This document shows, piece after piece, positions 12,875 to 26,418 of a DNA stretch of 63,532 nucleotides (positions are counted from its first letter, which is position 1; each line of letters opens with the position of its first letter). The notes beneath the pieces are model-generated. The model was not told the origin of the DNA. It saw nothing but the letters and a program-made list of their open reading frames with translations, and did no database searches. Both the position numbers and the translations under genes were made by a program. The stretch spans positions 9,707,992 to 9,771,523 of the forward strand of contig JAUZTB010000094.1 of assembly GCA_034780895.1 (NCBI GenBank), given 5' to 3'. Source of the DNA: Rhynchobatus australiae (taxonomy: Eukaryota).

Positions 12875-13891
12875 CTAGCAATGGAAACAAAAGAATTAAT
12901 GAGAATACCAAGGCCTCATCACAGTGCTAGTAAAATTAGTCTTTGCATTAATCTCATTGATCAGTGATCTTGTTGAAATATATAACATCCTGACAGTGTA
13001 GGTGCCTTAAGGACGTTTCCCCTAGCAGCATAGTGTCAGGATTAGACAAAGGTGAGAAGGAATCTTTTTCTCCTTGAGCTTTGTGAGTCTTTGCAATTCC
13101 CTGCCTAGAGAACAGTAGACGCTGAGTCATTGGGCNNNNNNNNNNNNNNNNNNNNNNNNNNNNNNNNNNNNNNNNNNNNNNNNNNNNNNNNNNNNNNNNN
13201 NNNNNNNNNNNNNNNNNNNNNNNNNNNNNNNNNNNNNNNNNNNNNNNNNNNNNNNNNNNNNNNNNNNNNNNNNNNNNNNNNNNNNNNNNNNNNNNNNNNN
13301 NNNNNNNNNNNNNNNNNNNNNNNNNNNNNNNNNNNNNNNNNNNNNNNNNNNNNNNNNNNNNNNNNNNNNNNNNNNNNNNNNNNNNNNNNNNNNNNNNNNN
13401 NNNNNNNNNNNNNNNNNNNNNNNNNNNNNNNNNNNNNNNNNNNNNNNNNNNNNNNNNNNNNNNNNNNNNNNNNNNNNNNNNNNNNNNNNNNNNNNNNNNN
13501 NNNNNNNNNNNNNNNNNNNNNNNNNNNNNNNNNNNNNNNNNNNNNNNNNNNNNNNNNNNNNNNNNNNNNNNNNNNNNNNNNNNNNNNNNNNNNNNNNNNN
13601 NNNNNNNNNNNNNNNNNNNNNNNNNNNNNNNNNNNNNNNNNNNNNNNNNNNNNNNNNNNNNNNNNNNNNNNNNNNNNNNNNNNNNNNNNNNNNNNNNNNN
13701 NNNNNNNNNNNNNNNNNNNNNNNNNNNNNNNNNNNNNNNNNNNNNNNNNNNNNNNNNNNNNNNNNNNNNNNNNNNNNNNNNNNNNNNNNNNNNNNNNNNN
13801 NNNNNNNNNNNNNNNNNNNNNNNNNNNNNNNNNNNNNNNNNNNNNNNNNNNNNNNNNNNNNNNNNNNNNNNNNNNNNNNNNNNNNNNNNNN

Positions 13892-14058
13892 GCACTTGTG
13901 GTGTTACCTCCAAGAGTATAAACCATACACCTTGACTTCTCATTTACATGATTATAAAAGGAATTCTGTGAGGCTGCAACTGCACTTGTGGTGTTACCTC
14001 CAAGAGTATAAACCATACACCTTGACTTCTCATTTACATGATTATAAAAGGAATTCTG
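13892..14058. repeat. 90-bp-period tandem duplication next to a 756-N gap
   Basis: gcacttgtggtgttacc...ggaattctg occurs identically at 13892 and 13982. Confidence 0.9.
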
Positions 14059-14411
14059 AACATGCAAAGTAAATGAATCAACATCTGAAAAAGACGTTAG
14101 TTTACATTGTAGGGAGACCCTTCTATATCTCTTCCTTCCATTCATATCCCCTATGCATCCTTAAATATGGTACCAAATCTGTACAGCTTACAGGATCAAA
14201 GTAAGGTACAAATTTAATAAAATGGGGTCTGCTTATTACAAATAGAGAAAATTACACAACATTGTATAAGGTTCTATAATTGTATAAATATTGCTTCTTT
14301 TATCTTTGATTATAGTGAGTAGAGTACCAAGCTAATGGTTGAGGAATCAATTGTGCTGCATTTTGTCAGTGTGAACTACTAACAAGCATATTAGAGATTT
14401 TGGAAACTCAC

Positions 14412-14519
14412 TCTCTCGCCAGGGGGACCATTAGGACCAGCAGCACCAGGTTCACCACGAGGCCCTCTCTTGCCTTCTTCACCAGCAGGTCCGGGAGCAC
14501 CTTGAGGACCAACAGGACC
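14412..14519 (-). CDS. COL2A1: Exon 23 (108 nt) [36 protein letters not shown]
   Basis: tAG/GTGAGT boundaries, Gly-X-Y. Confidence 0.96.
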
Positions 14520-15004
14520 CTACAGGAAACATCAGGAAAGGAATATTAGATGCAATGACAGAGTGAGCATATATATTTATTCCATAATGCTAATTCTAAT
14601 TTTAATTGTACTACAACTGTATAAAAGGGCAGACCTAATGTATAATTTGAAACTTTTAATGAGATATTACTGTATGCTTCCTATCAACAGCTGCTGATTT
14701 ATTAAGGAACTGGTCAAGACCAGGAGGTATTTATTCTCCATACCAACTAACCTTCTCAACATATCATCCCCTTGTTAAGAATATATTTGCTTATCTCTTC
14801 AACCTACTTCAATGCCTGCACTAATTCCATATACTCTCTGCACAAAGTTCCATTTTGGGCTCCAAAGTTCCATCTGACTTCTCTCTTAATTATTCATTTT
14901 TGTGTCCTCTGATATTTTGGTTAGTACTTACTATTTGAACTAATAAGGGGTATCTATACTTTTGAAAGCTGAACTATAAAACAGAAATCATTTTAAATAC
15001 TTAC

Positions 15005-15058
15005 GATCTCTCCTTTTGGGCCTGCTTCTCCCTTGAATCCTGGAGCTCCGGGTTCACC
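15005..15058 (-). CDS. COL2A1: Exon 22 (54 nt) GEPGAPGFKGEAGPKGEI
   Basis: tAG/GTAAGT boundaries; helix residues 256-273. Confidence 0.96.
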
Positions 15059-16554
15059 CTATCAGACAAGACAATAGCAGGGTTAAAAGTTGGGGACTGG
15101 GAGCATTCATGAAGCAGCACTATGTCAGTATGGTATAGATTAGTGGTGTTCACAAACTGTGGCCTTTGACAGACTTCCTAATCACATTGAAGACCTGGCC
15201 AACTAAAGGATGTCCCTAGAGTAATTTTTCAATTCAGTGCAATGCCAGCTCTGAGAAATTTTCACATTATCTACTTCACTTGGAAAAGCCCAGGAATAAT
15301 ATTCCTATTCAACTCTTCCAAACAGGTTAAACTTAAGGGTAGCATTTTGAGGTTCATGGAAGTCGGATGCTAGTTCTAGGTCCGGCCCTGGTGGAACAGT
15401 AATTTAAGGGGGTGAAACAAAAGTACTAGATAAATATATTGCACACCAGTACAATGTATTGGTTTACATGTGTTTATGTATGATCTTGTGGCATAATATG
15501 CTCAAAGGACCTAGTGATAGTACTCTTTCTCACTCTGCAACAAAAGCAGGCAAGAGAATGCAAGATTATTCCAGCCTCTATACAGTGAGCTAAATGGCCC
15601 TTTAAAATAGAAATGTTTACTAATTCTACATTCTCTTCCAGCTGAAAAGTGTTTGGTCTCCATTTGAAAACTGACCAGTGTGTGAAGTGATTGAGGCCAG
15701 GTGCTTCACAGTGTAAAGTACTACAAAAGCAAATCTCTTTTTTTTCCATGGGGCATCATCCTGTTAGTGACCCTTATTAAAGGGTTGCCAATGTGAAATT
15801 TAGTAAAGCATTGTGTAGTGAATGGAAATTGAACAAAAACTTGCTAATGCTGGAAATCTGAAATAAAAATGGAAAATGCTGCAAACACAGTTATTGGGCA
15901 GTATCTATGAAAGAGAAACAGAGGTCACATTTCTGGTTGAAGATCCCTCATCAGAACTATCATTGTATCGTGAAAAAAGTTTGGTGAAGTTTGACAATGA
16001 TAGGATATTTGGTCCAATTTTGATGTGGTATAATTTGAAACAGTTTAGCATTATGAAGTTCAGTGCAGTATTACAATGGGTAATTTCATTAAAGTTTAGC
16101 ATGCTGAAGTCTGGTGTGTTATCATTCGATATAGAAGATTTGATAAAGTTTGGGGTAGTTTTGTAATGATGCAATTTGATATATTTTGTATGGTGACATT
16201 TATCATTATTTGGTAAGTAATTTCAACACAGGTTGGCAGAGTGAAATTTAGTGTAGTTTAAAAAAATCTAATTTAGTATAGCCAACATATTTAAGTCATT
16301 TCATGTAGGTTAATTTGTAGTGGTGACATTTGGTATGATGTGGTGTAGTATATTGTCATTAATATTATACTTCTTGGTTGAACTTAATGCATCGTGACTA
16401 GAGAAGCACTTTAAACTCCACTGAAAGTAATGAAAGTCCAGAAGATTCCAGTTGGGAAAATGCTCAAACTCCAAGTTAAATCATTTTGAAACTACAAATT
16501 TTATTTCATGACAATTCAGAAAGAAATCTAAAAAAGTCGAATACGTTTACTTAC

Positions 16555-16653
16555 TTGTTGACCTTTAGGACCAAGAGGGCCTGTAGCACCTTGTGGGCCT
16601 GGAGGCCCACGTGGACCAGGGAAACCAGGAGCGCCAGCAATACCAGGAGCACC
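16555..16653 (-). CDS. COL2A1: Exon 21 (99 nt) [33 protein letters not shown]
   Basis: aAG/GTAAGT boundaries, Gly-X-Y. Confidence 0.96.
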
Positions 16654-17402
16654 CTTTGAGAAGAAAACAAGAGAAGCTGGCATCAAGTGGTTGATGGGGC
16701 ACTAGTAAGAAGATACAAGGCCTTGATGGCACCAACTTTTAACAAATAGGTAATAAGTGTAGGCTTTATATTCATAATTGTGCTCAGTTACTTTAAGATG
16801 ATGAGCAAACAGATGTATAATGGAAGATTTTGGCTTTAATAAGGATGTGAACTCAGAGCAGTGTTGAGGTCAGAGTAGAAAATAATGTAATGGTTATGTC
16901 ATGAGGAAATTAAAATGATATGCGCCAATTTTCACAAGATTTGTGCAAATTACACTCTTCCAAATCAATTGATTGGTCTCACAATTATTACTTAATCAGG
17001 GAAAATTTGCCCTCATCAAGCAAATGCCAAAATGGCCAGCTCTTGGAAATGCTCTTTTAATGTACTTTACATGGGCATACATTGCTTGCTTGCTCTCCCA
17101 TGTTTACTCTTGACATCATTCTATGCAACTGCATTATCCTCATGTTGCTCCTAAAACTTGGAGCACTGGAAATTGATGATCAAAAGACCAATATTTGGTT
17201 TGCAGAACACTTTTATTATGAATTAAATTATTTTTGTCTTGTTATGCATCACAAGCCTAGAATTCTCCAAATATTTTAAAATCAGTTAAGGTTAAATGAT
17301 TACTAGATAAGAGAATTCAAATCTACTTTGATATTTCGGAATTTAGATTTATTTTATGTTTAAAAGTAAGTAAAAGTGAGAAAATATTGGAGCTATACTT
17401 AC

Positions 17403-17447
17403 AGCTGAACCTTTTGCTCCAGGAATACCATCAGTACCAGGATTACC
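17403..17447 (-). CDS. COL2A1: Exon 20 (45 nt) GNPGTDGIPGAKGSA
   Basis: AG/GTAAGT boundaries; visible within ORF 17349..17531. Confidence 0.96.
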
Positions 17448-17955
17448 CTGTAAAGGCAGACAGAGGAGATGTAAGTCATTGTAACTCAGCAACATTAAAC
17501 AGCAAGAGAAAAAATGAGGGCATATTTCCAAAACAATGTTTTATAATGGATACAGGAGGTTACTGTACTTTTTGAAGACCAGACTGTTGCAATATTAATG
17601 ATTAGGATTATGTGATTTGTGAAACTTAGTGTACAATATTGAGGATAAGAACTCTACAGATATATTTGGAAGCACAGATTTGCTCAGGAAGTTAAATTAC
17701 TAGAATTGAACTTAATCTCTCTGAGTTAGAGTGGAGAAAAATCTAGTGAACTTCTGTGAGGCCAGACCCACCTAAATTTGATATTTTGCCATGGCCAAGT
17801 AGCAAGTAGCCTGAAGGCATTCAATAAATGAAGGCAGGCTGTTTGTTACTTAATCTACAATTGAGAAGTTTCTACAAAGATTTGGGGGTACTATATCCCT
17901 GCATTTGGGGAAAAATTACAAAATAAAAGCCTGGGTAATTGATTCGATAACTTAC

Positions 17956-18054
17956 AGGAGCTCCAGCGGGACCTGGAGATCCGGGGCTCCCTGACTCTCC
18001 TCTTGAGCCCTGGGCACCTTCAGGGCCTCGAGCACCAGTTGGACCAGCTTCTCC
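17956..18054 (-). CDS. COL2A1: Exon 19 (99 nt) [33 protein letters not shown]
   Basis: AG/GTAAGT boundaries, Gly-X-Y. Confidence 0.96.
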
Positions 18055-20029
18055 CTGTATGGAATAAAAAGAAAACAGGCATTAGGACAACGTGCAGGAA
18101 CCTTAAGACTAATATGGCATTCTATAATATAATCCAAAAATATGACAAAATTATTGTTAAAGTAATGCTGAATTTTGCTTCTCCATGTGAAATCTACTAC
18201 TGGAAAGAATGAATGTTTATCTCTACAGTGCTTATGAAGAAAGATTTAGGTAATGGGGAAGTTGCAAATTGCTGTATCTAGTTATGGAGAACACCACCTG
18301 TTAAGATCATAATGATCCATATTTAGAGTGATAGAAATATTATATATCAAATCACAATTATATACCACACAATTACCAATGAATATTCGACTCCCTTGAT
18401 CTTGGTTAGTGATAAGAAGCCTCTTCCATGATGTTTATAAATTATCGGACATTGATAAGACTAATCTCATAATAAATTATGCCTTTGAAGATGTTTAGTG
18501 GCATAGGTAAAAGCCATACCTAGTGATAGGGACAAAAGTCATATCTGTATGACCAGTTGCTTAGCTACAAGTCATGGTGCAGGCAAATCATGGGTAAAGA
18601 TAATGAACTTTTATTTATTCATTCATAGAAATAGGAAATTGTTGGCAGAGCTGGCATTTATTGTCCATCGCAAATTGCCTCTGAAACTGAGGAAGCAATT
18701 AAGATTCAAGCAGATTGATAAGTATGGAGTCACATATAGGCCAGATTGGGTAAGGATGGCAGATTTCCTCTTCTGTAAGGCACAAGTGAACCAGACTGAT
18801 TTTTCCAACAATCTGGTAGTTTTTAGGTTAGTAATTTGCTTTTTCTATTAAATTCCATACTATAAATAATTGCTTGAATTTAAATTCAAGCATTCTTGGT
18901 GAGCTTTGAACTGACGTCTTAGAATCAATATTCCAGAATTCAAGCTGTTTTTCCAGTGCTGTTGGTGTGGGATATGTCCAAAAATGTTGATATAGCTGTA
19001 TCCCATGGTTTTGGATACTGGGTACTGCCAGTGATTTGTGTATCATTATGTCCAGTGGTTCTTGCATGCAATGTGCCCAATATTCTGGGTAAGGCCGTTC
19101 CCAGTGGCATTGGTATACAGTACATTGAGTGACTTGGATGAGGGGTGCTAATAGATTGGGGTCTGGAATACCTCCAGTGTCTGAGCATGGCTATACATTG
19201 TTGTATTAATACGAAGTGTGCCAAGTGTCCCCTGTGGCATTGGTATGGACCATGTAGTCAATCACATTAAAATAGAAAACATTCCATCAATTTGGGTATG
19301 GCTGTGCTCAATCATATTACTATGAAGCATATTCAGTAATTTGGGAAAAGGTTCTGATGAAAATTAATAATCCTGACCATTGGTAAATCCTCAACACAAG
19401 TATTTTAAGAAAATACCAACAAATTTGCATTTTCAGAAATTTAAGGACTTTTTAACTAAGGCAGGCAATAGCTTCACAGGGTTAACTAAATAAATACATA
19501 GAGGGGGAGAACATATTATTGGGAAAATATTACAAACAATTTTAAGGAAAAAGAAAGGACTATTGAGCATTACAGGTGTATATTATTTTCATAAATCAGT
19601 TCCACCTGAATGCCTTCCAACCCCATCCCATGGTTCTTCCCTCTTTAAACGGGTTGAGTTGATTATTTTCATAACCTTGAATTCTTTGATTGGGTCACTT
19701 CAAAGTCTTCTTTTTCCTAAAGAAAATTATCCAAGCTTGTCTAACCTTTCCTCATAATTTAAGTCCTTGATACCAAAAATCATTTTTGTTGATGGTGGTC
19801 AGTGCCTGTTTGTAGCCTGTTAAGGGCAGTATTGTTTATGTCATCAGAACTGCACACTATGCAATTATAGAGGTCTGACTGGTAACTTTACAAAGCAGAG
19901 ATGCATCTGTCAAGCTTCAATTGGAGAAAAACTTGGACACCCACATGAAGTGTGAACAAAGCAGAGTTTCAAAGAACAATCAGCTGTATGTTCAGGAACA
20001 TTGAATCAAATAAAGTGAGAGGTTGGTTA

Positions 20030-20450
20030 ATATTTATTTATGTGGATCAAATCTAACATTAGAGCAATAAGAATGCTGAATTTAGGACACTAACACTGGG
20101 ATGATGGGTGAACACAACTTTGAACAAGTTGGGATTCAGGCAGTAGAATTTTGGTTAACCTAAAGTTTATAAAGGGTAGAACTAGGAAGTGTGGCCATGA
20201 GTGCATTAGAAGAGCTTGGTCGAGAGCTCACAAGGTTGGGGTGTGTATCAGCAGAAGGTGAGCTGAGGTGGGGCAGACCAGATGGCATTTCAGTGGTAGA
20301 AATAAGCATTTTTAGTGATGGTGCTGATACAAGGTCCAAAGATCATCTTGAGGTCAAACTTGGCAGCAAGGTTGCGTCTAATTCAGTTTCAGACAGATAA
20401 CAAGGAGAGATATGAAGTCAATGGGTATGAAACAGTTTGTGACGGGAACA
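20030..20450 (-). mobile_element. Old L2-like LINE fragment
   Basis: The reverse strand reads cgcaaccttgctgccaagtttgacc, resembling the RNLGVxFD region of L2 ORF2; heavily decayed. Confidence 0.45.
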
Positions 20451-22261
20451 AAGACATTTCGTAGCAGCAACACAACCTACATCTAGTGGTTTTGTAGATA
20501 CTGAATGCAAATAATACTGCCACCTAACTTCTTAGCAATGTAGATTTGTGTGTTTTGAATTCCAGGAGTGTGATAACTGAGTGCAAGGTCATTACGTTAA
20601 GACTGGCTATCTCATTTTGTCAGCAAAATTGAAACAACATAATGGAACCATTTTTTGCAACTAAATTTGTATTGAAACAATGGGACAAAGGTTTAAAAGC
20701 ATATTATACAATAAGACTTCCTCTCTTTCTTACTTCACTGTTCTTTATTCCTCTGTTTCTGTCTTTTGTAAAAGATTGTAAAAAAAAAACTTCTTTCTTT
20801 CTCACCCACACCTGGNNNNNNNNNNNNNNNNNNNNNNNNNNNNNNNNNNNNNNNNNNNNNNNNNNNNNNNNNNNNNNNNNNNNNNNNNNNNNNNNNNNNN
20901 NNNNNNNNNNNNNNNTCCTCCCCACATAAACTCTTTTTCATCTCAGTGGTATCTCACAGTGTGTATTTTAATGCAGTTTTTTAACTTTCCCATATGTCAG
21001 GATGGGTGGAGGAAGGGGCAGTTGGTGGAAATGAAATGGCACAGGATTATATCCCCTTTGACTATTTAAATATACTGTGCTATCTCTGACTTTTTGCTTC
21101 CATTCAGTATCTCAACCTGCTCAGGTGTCCATAAAACTGGTTGATCTTTCTGATATCTACTGAAAGCAGAAGTCCCTCTGAAGAATACACTAAGATAAGG
21201 AACTTTAAACCCAAATCAATGATTTTTTTCATCTTCCACAGATAAAAAGAAAAATTAGATTCCAAAACAAATTTTTAGTAGGCTTTTAATTGCTAATTTA
21301 ATTAGTTTGGCACAACATCGTGGGCCGAGGGGCCTGTTCCTGTGCTGTACTCTTCTGCGTTCTAAATCAACTCACTTGCCCATTAACAATGTATGCTGAC
21401 TCCTGCCTCAAATGTCAAAAGCATTTTGTTTTGCTGGAGCTTTATTTTGAGCNNNNNNNNNNNNNNNNNNNNNNNCACCAATAATTTTATTTAACTAAAT
21501 AATCTTGTGAGGAACATTTCTAAAAGAGCATTTTAAATGGCTGCTACTTTAGCTTGATATATTTTAAGACATGGTGTCATCTAAAGACAAGACAAAAAAA
21601 AAGGCAAGGCAGGGATTTTGTTCAGGTTAAACAAAATGTGACATTTCTGTATGTACATGACTTTGATCATTGACCCAGGTTAAAAGATAATGGGTAAGTT
21701 ATCTGATGGCAAATACCATCTTGTTTCAGGCTTGAGTGTTTGATCAACCTTTTAGAGTAACAGCATCTTGAAAGTCTTTCAAACAACATGGGGGTTTAAA
21801 CCTTGAACCAGGTCCTGTCAAGTATTCCAAATGTCTATCCTGCAGGTAGATGTAAATAAATCTCACTTGTCAATGAAAATCTCCTACTCCATGCCTTACC
21901 GTCCCTTGAGTGTCATGAACTGGTGAAAGAATGTTGCCTGTGGCCTCAAATTCTCTGTGTTTAGCTCTCAGTCACTTCCCAGCTCAAAGGCTTGCTTTAT
22001 TTAATCAGTTTGTGGCTCTTGGAACCTGGAATTCCTGCCCTCTGGTTATCCTGCCAGGTTGGTCTCTCTCTCTCTCTCTCCCTCATTCTTACTCTGTTCT
22101 GAACTGTAAAACAGAGGGCGGGTGCGGGGAAAGAAGGGGCCTCTACGTCTTTTTCTATTCAGACCAGCTTTCACAGAGGAATGTCATTAGTGCTGCTGTC
22201 TATTCAGGGTGTCAGCAGTAATAAATAGGTTGAGTGATTATCTCCTGCAGCCTCCACTCAC

Positions 22262-22315
22262 CTTAGAACCTGGAGCACCTGGGAAACCGGGAGCACCAGC
22301 AGGACCTACTGGACC
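22262..22315 (-). CDS. COL2A1: Exon 18 (54 nt) [18 protein letters not shown]
   Basis: AG/GTGAGT boundaries, Gly-X-Y. Confidence 0.96.
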
Positions 22316-22789
22316 CTGAAAGGAAAAGACATGGGAAATAATTACAAAACAGAATGGAGCAGAAAACAAAAAATATCATCTGAAAAAAAAATTAGCCAAT
22401 GCTAAGAAACAACACAAGATTTACTCTTATCTTTAATAATCCAAAGGTAACTGAATGCCAGAGGATTTGNNNNNNNNNNNNNNNNNNNNNNNNAGGTGGA
22501 ACCAGGGTGGGGGAGGGGGGAAACTAACCTAAAACTCTTTCATTTTAACCTATTAATTTCTGAAGTGCTCTGCTTTATTGTCTGAGCTGAGAAAAGCTTC
22601 TAGTACATACTACATTGTCATGAGTGGAACTTAACAATTAAACAAATAATTTGATACTAACAATACAAAGTTCCACCTTTATGATACAAAGATGGCAAAA
22701 TTGTCCAGATAATCATTTTAGGAAACAGTACAAAACAGTATTTGTATTTAGTTAAATTATTGACTGTAGGAGATATAGAACATGTATCT

Positions 22790-23205
22790 ACTGGCGTTCA
22801 GGAGAATAAAAGGGGGTTTGATTGAAGCATGTATCATTCTGAAGGGTGTTGACTGGGTAGATAACAAAGATGATGTTTCCTCTTATGGGAGAATCTAGAA
22901 CTAGGGGTCATTGTTTACAAATAAATGACCACCTAGTTAAGCCAGAAATTAGGCAAATTTTTCTCTCAGAAGGTCCTGAGTCTTTGGAACTCTCTTCCTC
23001 AAAGGGTGGTGGAAGCAGAGTCTTCGAATCTTTTTAAGGAGAGGTACATAGATTTTTGTTAAGTGGATGAAAGGTTACCATGGTTACAAAAGAATGCAGA
23101 GTTGACATTAGAGTCACTTCAGTTCATGATCTTATTAAATGGTGGAGCAGGCTTGAGGGGCCAAATAGCCTACTCTTGCTTCTAATTCTTATGTTCATAT
23201 GTCTG
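22790..23205 (+). mobile_element. CR1 LINE 3' fragment
   Basis: atgtttcctcttatgggagaatctagaactagggg...tggaactctcttcctcaaagggtggtggaagc...gaatggtggagcaggcttgagggg-like tail. Confidence 0.75.
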
Positions 23206-23226
23206 TATTTAACCCGAGATACTCAC

Positions 23227-23271
23227 AGGAGGACCAGCTGGACCAGGCAGACCATCATTGCCTCGGGCTCC
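23227..23271 (-). CDS. COL2A1: Exon 17 (45 nt) GARGNDGLPGPAGPP
   Basis: AG/GTGAGT boundaries, Gly-X-Y. Confidence 0.96.
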
Positions 23272-23798
23272 CTGTGAAACAAAAAGGCAGGGTTAACATT
23301 ACAGATTGGTGTTGATGCAAGAGCACATCGGTGAATTGCTCTAAAGTCCAAGAAGCTGTAAAATTTACAAGGTTTGATTGTGTAAGTATGAAATAGATGC
23401 AGCAATCATTTCTATCAGCTGTGAAAGAATAAAGATATTCCTTTGTTCACTATGTCGAATGGTAACGACCAAACTTTACACAATTTAACCCATCATGCTA
23501 GTGCTGGCTTTCTGAAACAGCTCTCCTTTTATTCCCATTCAACTGGCCATTCCTCAGTCAGCCTCCTTCCCTTGTCCTGTTCTATGTATGAACTTTTCCC
23601 TTATTCCCACTGCCCTGTTCTTTCCTCTTCTTGGGTCTACTGTGGTTTCAAAACAGGGTAATATGTTTAGACAAAATTAAACCTATAATTCTGTATGAAT
23701 ATGAAATTTGTGGCATGTATTGATTGATGTACACTGTGTGCATATTGTGTGAACTAGACATTATGGTGTAGCATTTATATTAATATAGTTGTACTTAC

Positions 23799-23852
23799 AG
23801 CTGAACCAGGTGGCCCAGGACGACCTCTCTCACCAGGTAGACCACGTGGACC
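23799..23852 (-). CDS. COL2A1: Exon 16 (54 nt) GPRGLPGERGRPGPPGSA (GLOGER integrin motif)
   Basis: AG/GTAAGT boundaries, Gly-X-Y. Confidence 0.96.
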
Positions 23853-24080
23853 CTGTCAAGAAAAGAAAGTATCCTTTAGGAGCTCTACAGCTAAAATTTC
23901 CTGCTGGTCAAATAAGTGATGCTGTTTTAATGTTGATGCAATTTATAAAATATTTCCACAATGTAAATTAGTGTTTAGAGTTATCACAATAAATCATGCA
24001 AGAAGTTTAAAAAAAATAATTGTCTTGTGCTTTTATATAAAGAAAACATTCCTGGGGTTAAAAGGAAAACAGGTACTTAC

Positions 24081-24125
24081 CATGGGACCAGGAGCTCCAT
24101 TCTCCCCTGCAGCACCAGCTTCACC
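24081..24125 (-). CDS. COL2A1: Exon 15 (45 nt) GEAGAAGENGAPGPM
   Basis: AG/GTAAGT boundaries, Gly-X-Y. Confidence 0.96.
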
Positions 24126-25719
24126 CTGCATGGAGAAAGGTTATTTACTTTCAGAAAGGTCAGTGGGAACAGTGCAGCTAAAAACAGAAATTTAAGCATC
24201 ATTCAGAAATGTTTATCCCACTATTACAGGAGTGCATGCCTGACATTAAGCACACAATTAGCACTACTTAATTTGATTTCTACTATCAACCCAATATGAT
24301 CTTCATGATAGATAAATCCAACCCACCAAGTCAACCTCACATCTGTACCCCACTTGAATCAACTCCTAAAAATAAAACTAGTCATGATCCATCTTCTCCT
24401 TACTTGCCCTGAAACATCATCCTTTTTGCCACTCAAGACACACCAACTTCACTCACTATATGGCTCCAACAATCCTGGAAAGCTCACCTCAAGTGTTTTA
24501 TAATTTATGTCAGATATTAAAGCATTATTAGCTTCAGGGATTGAGACTCCTCAACCTAGTATAGTTAATTAATCAGAAAGTGATACCTTCCAGTTTGCAC
24601 ATTCCAATGTTTGCTGATATCAACATCTTTGGTTTGGTACTATAGATTAAACAGGTGACATTTATGAAAGGGCTGAGCTTCACTTTATTGTGCTACCATC
24701 AGTTCATGATTCTGAAACACGTAGGATTATTGTGATTAAATTCAAATGTATAGTTTTCCCTTCTGTATGTGCACAAAAAACATTTTATGAAAGTTTTAAT
24801 GTGATTGGGCCCACATCTGCTAGAAGTTACACCCATTGGGAAACTGGGCTAGGCACTTTAGGGTACAATTTACCTTAGTGCTACTAACGTTTGCATAGCA
24901 TCACCTGTGCATGCGATGATATTATTAATCTGCCTTACAGAAATTGGAGCAATAATATGTAACGTACAACCTTCATTTTTTTGTTCCAGTAAAAGAAGCA
25001 GCAAACCCCACAGCAAGTCAGCAAGGAGACATCAATTAAGGAGTCACATCTAGGACCTTGATATATTGCTGTGTGCATCTACCTGTTGTGTTTTTAATGT
25101 TCTGTTTATTTCACTTATCCTTGTTGGGTCTCACAATACTTATTGCAGTGATGCACAGCAGATTTACATGCTGCAGTGTCTTCAAAGTGATAAACCTGGG
25201 GCACAGGGCTTGATCTATGCCGACTATTGGGGGTGGGAGGGGTGTAGTGAAGCTCATGGTGGGGGGTGGGGGAAGGGAAAGCTACATGCATTGAAGACAT
25301 ATGTACCTAACCCCATCTTGATTTCTGTGGAGACTGCCACTGACTGGCTTCTCATGATTCCAAGTGGCAAATACACAGCATCCATGAAATTCTCAGGCAG
25401 TTGTTATTGGGAACTGTACAGGTTGTGTTTTATTGCAGCAATCAGGGTGAAAACCAGCTCAACGATTTTTAAAGGTAAATGTTCCCAATTTCCCCATTTT
25501 CTGGAGTCCTCTGGGTGTTCAGGCTAAAGGCAAGACCACTCAGCATACTAATTCAATTTCTAGACTAAATTCCTTCAGGTCGTCTACCTCTGCTGGGGAG
25601 AGAAATATTGTGATACTGTGTGCTTCACTTGCTGTGAGCAGTGGAAAATGATGTGCCCACTGTTAAAGGGACTGGGGGCCTATTACAGATCAGATCAGAA
25701 CAGACTGACATAATTCAAT

Positions 25720-26030
25720 ACTGACATATCCCACTAAGGGACATTCAGTCACAAGCCTATCCCAGGATAAAACATTGCATCATGGGCTTATTCTAGACTG
25801 GGACATTTCAGCATGGTCTTATCCCAGAATTTTTCTTCAACACTTATTGCTCTGTATACAGGCCTGAGCCAGAATCAGAAACATTGACATATAGTCAGAC
25901 CTATCCCATATTTTACCTGCCCTATCCCAAAGTGGTACACTTCTGTACAAGCTTTTCCCAGATTGGAATCAGCTCTGTCTCTAACGGGCTCGTTCTGTAC
26001 AGGCCTATCCAAAATGGAACATCTCTGCTC
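25720..26030. repeat. Diverged ~30-bp minisatellite (cctatcccagactgggacat) related to the 39.5-41.9 kb array
   Basis: Repeated ctatccca / gggacat cores. Confidence 0.6.
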
Positions 26031-26119
26031 AGAGAAGAATTCTAGAAGACAGGAGTTTCAGAAAACAAAATCTGACAGAACAATTGCACTTTAATGAAAT
26101 ACTGATGCATTTTCTGTAC

Positions 26120-26173
26120 CTTTGCACCAACAGCACCGGTTTCACCCTTTGCACCATCGAGACCTGCGTAACC
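26120..26173 (-). CDS. COL2A1: Exon 14 (54 nt) GYAGLDGAKGETGAVGAK
   Basis: cAG/GTACAG boundaries, Gly-X-Y. Confidence 0.95.
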
Positions 26174-26310
26174 CTGTAGGGTAAAAAGAAAACAATAACT
26201 GCCAAAATTATCTTTATTTAATTAAATAAAGGTAGAAATGTATCTGGCTTTAAAGCATAAGTTTTTACTTAATGTGTTATTGATTTTGTTAAAAAGAGAT
26301 TAGCATATCA

Positions 26311-26418
<108 letters not shown>

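Noticed and set aside
12954-14145. Long ORFs of 263-346 aa
   Set aside because: They consist mostly of N-gap X residues plus the 90-bp duplication, which may itself be an assembly artefact.
25066-25527. 153-aa plus-strand ORF
   Set aside because: No recognisable domain, non-ATG start, intronic and antisense; its length is compatible with chance in 63 kb.
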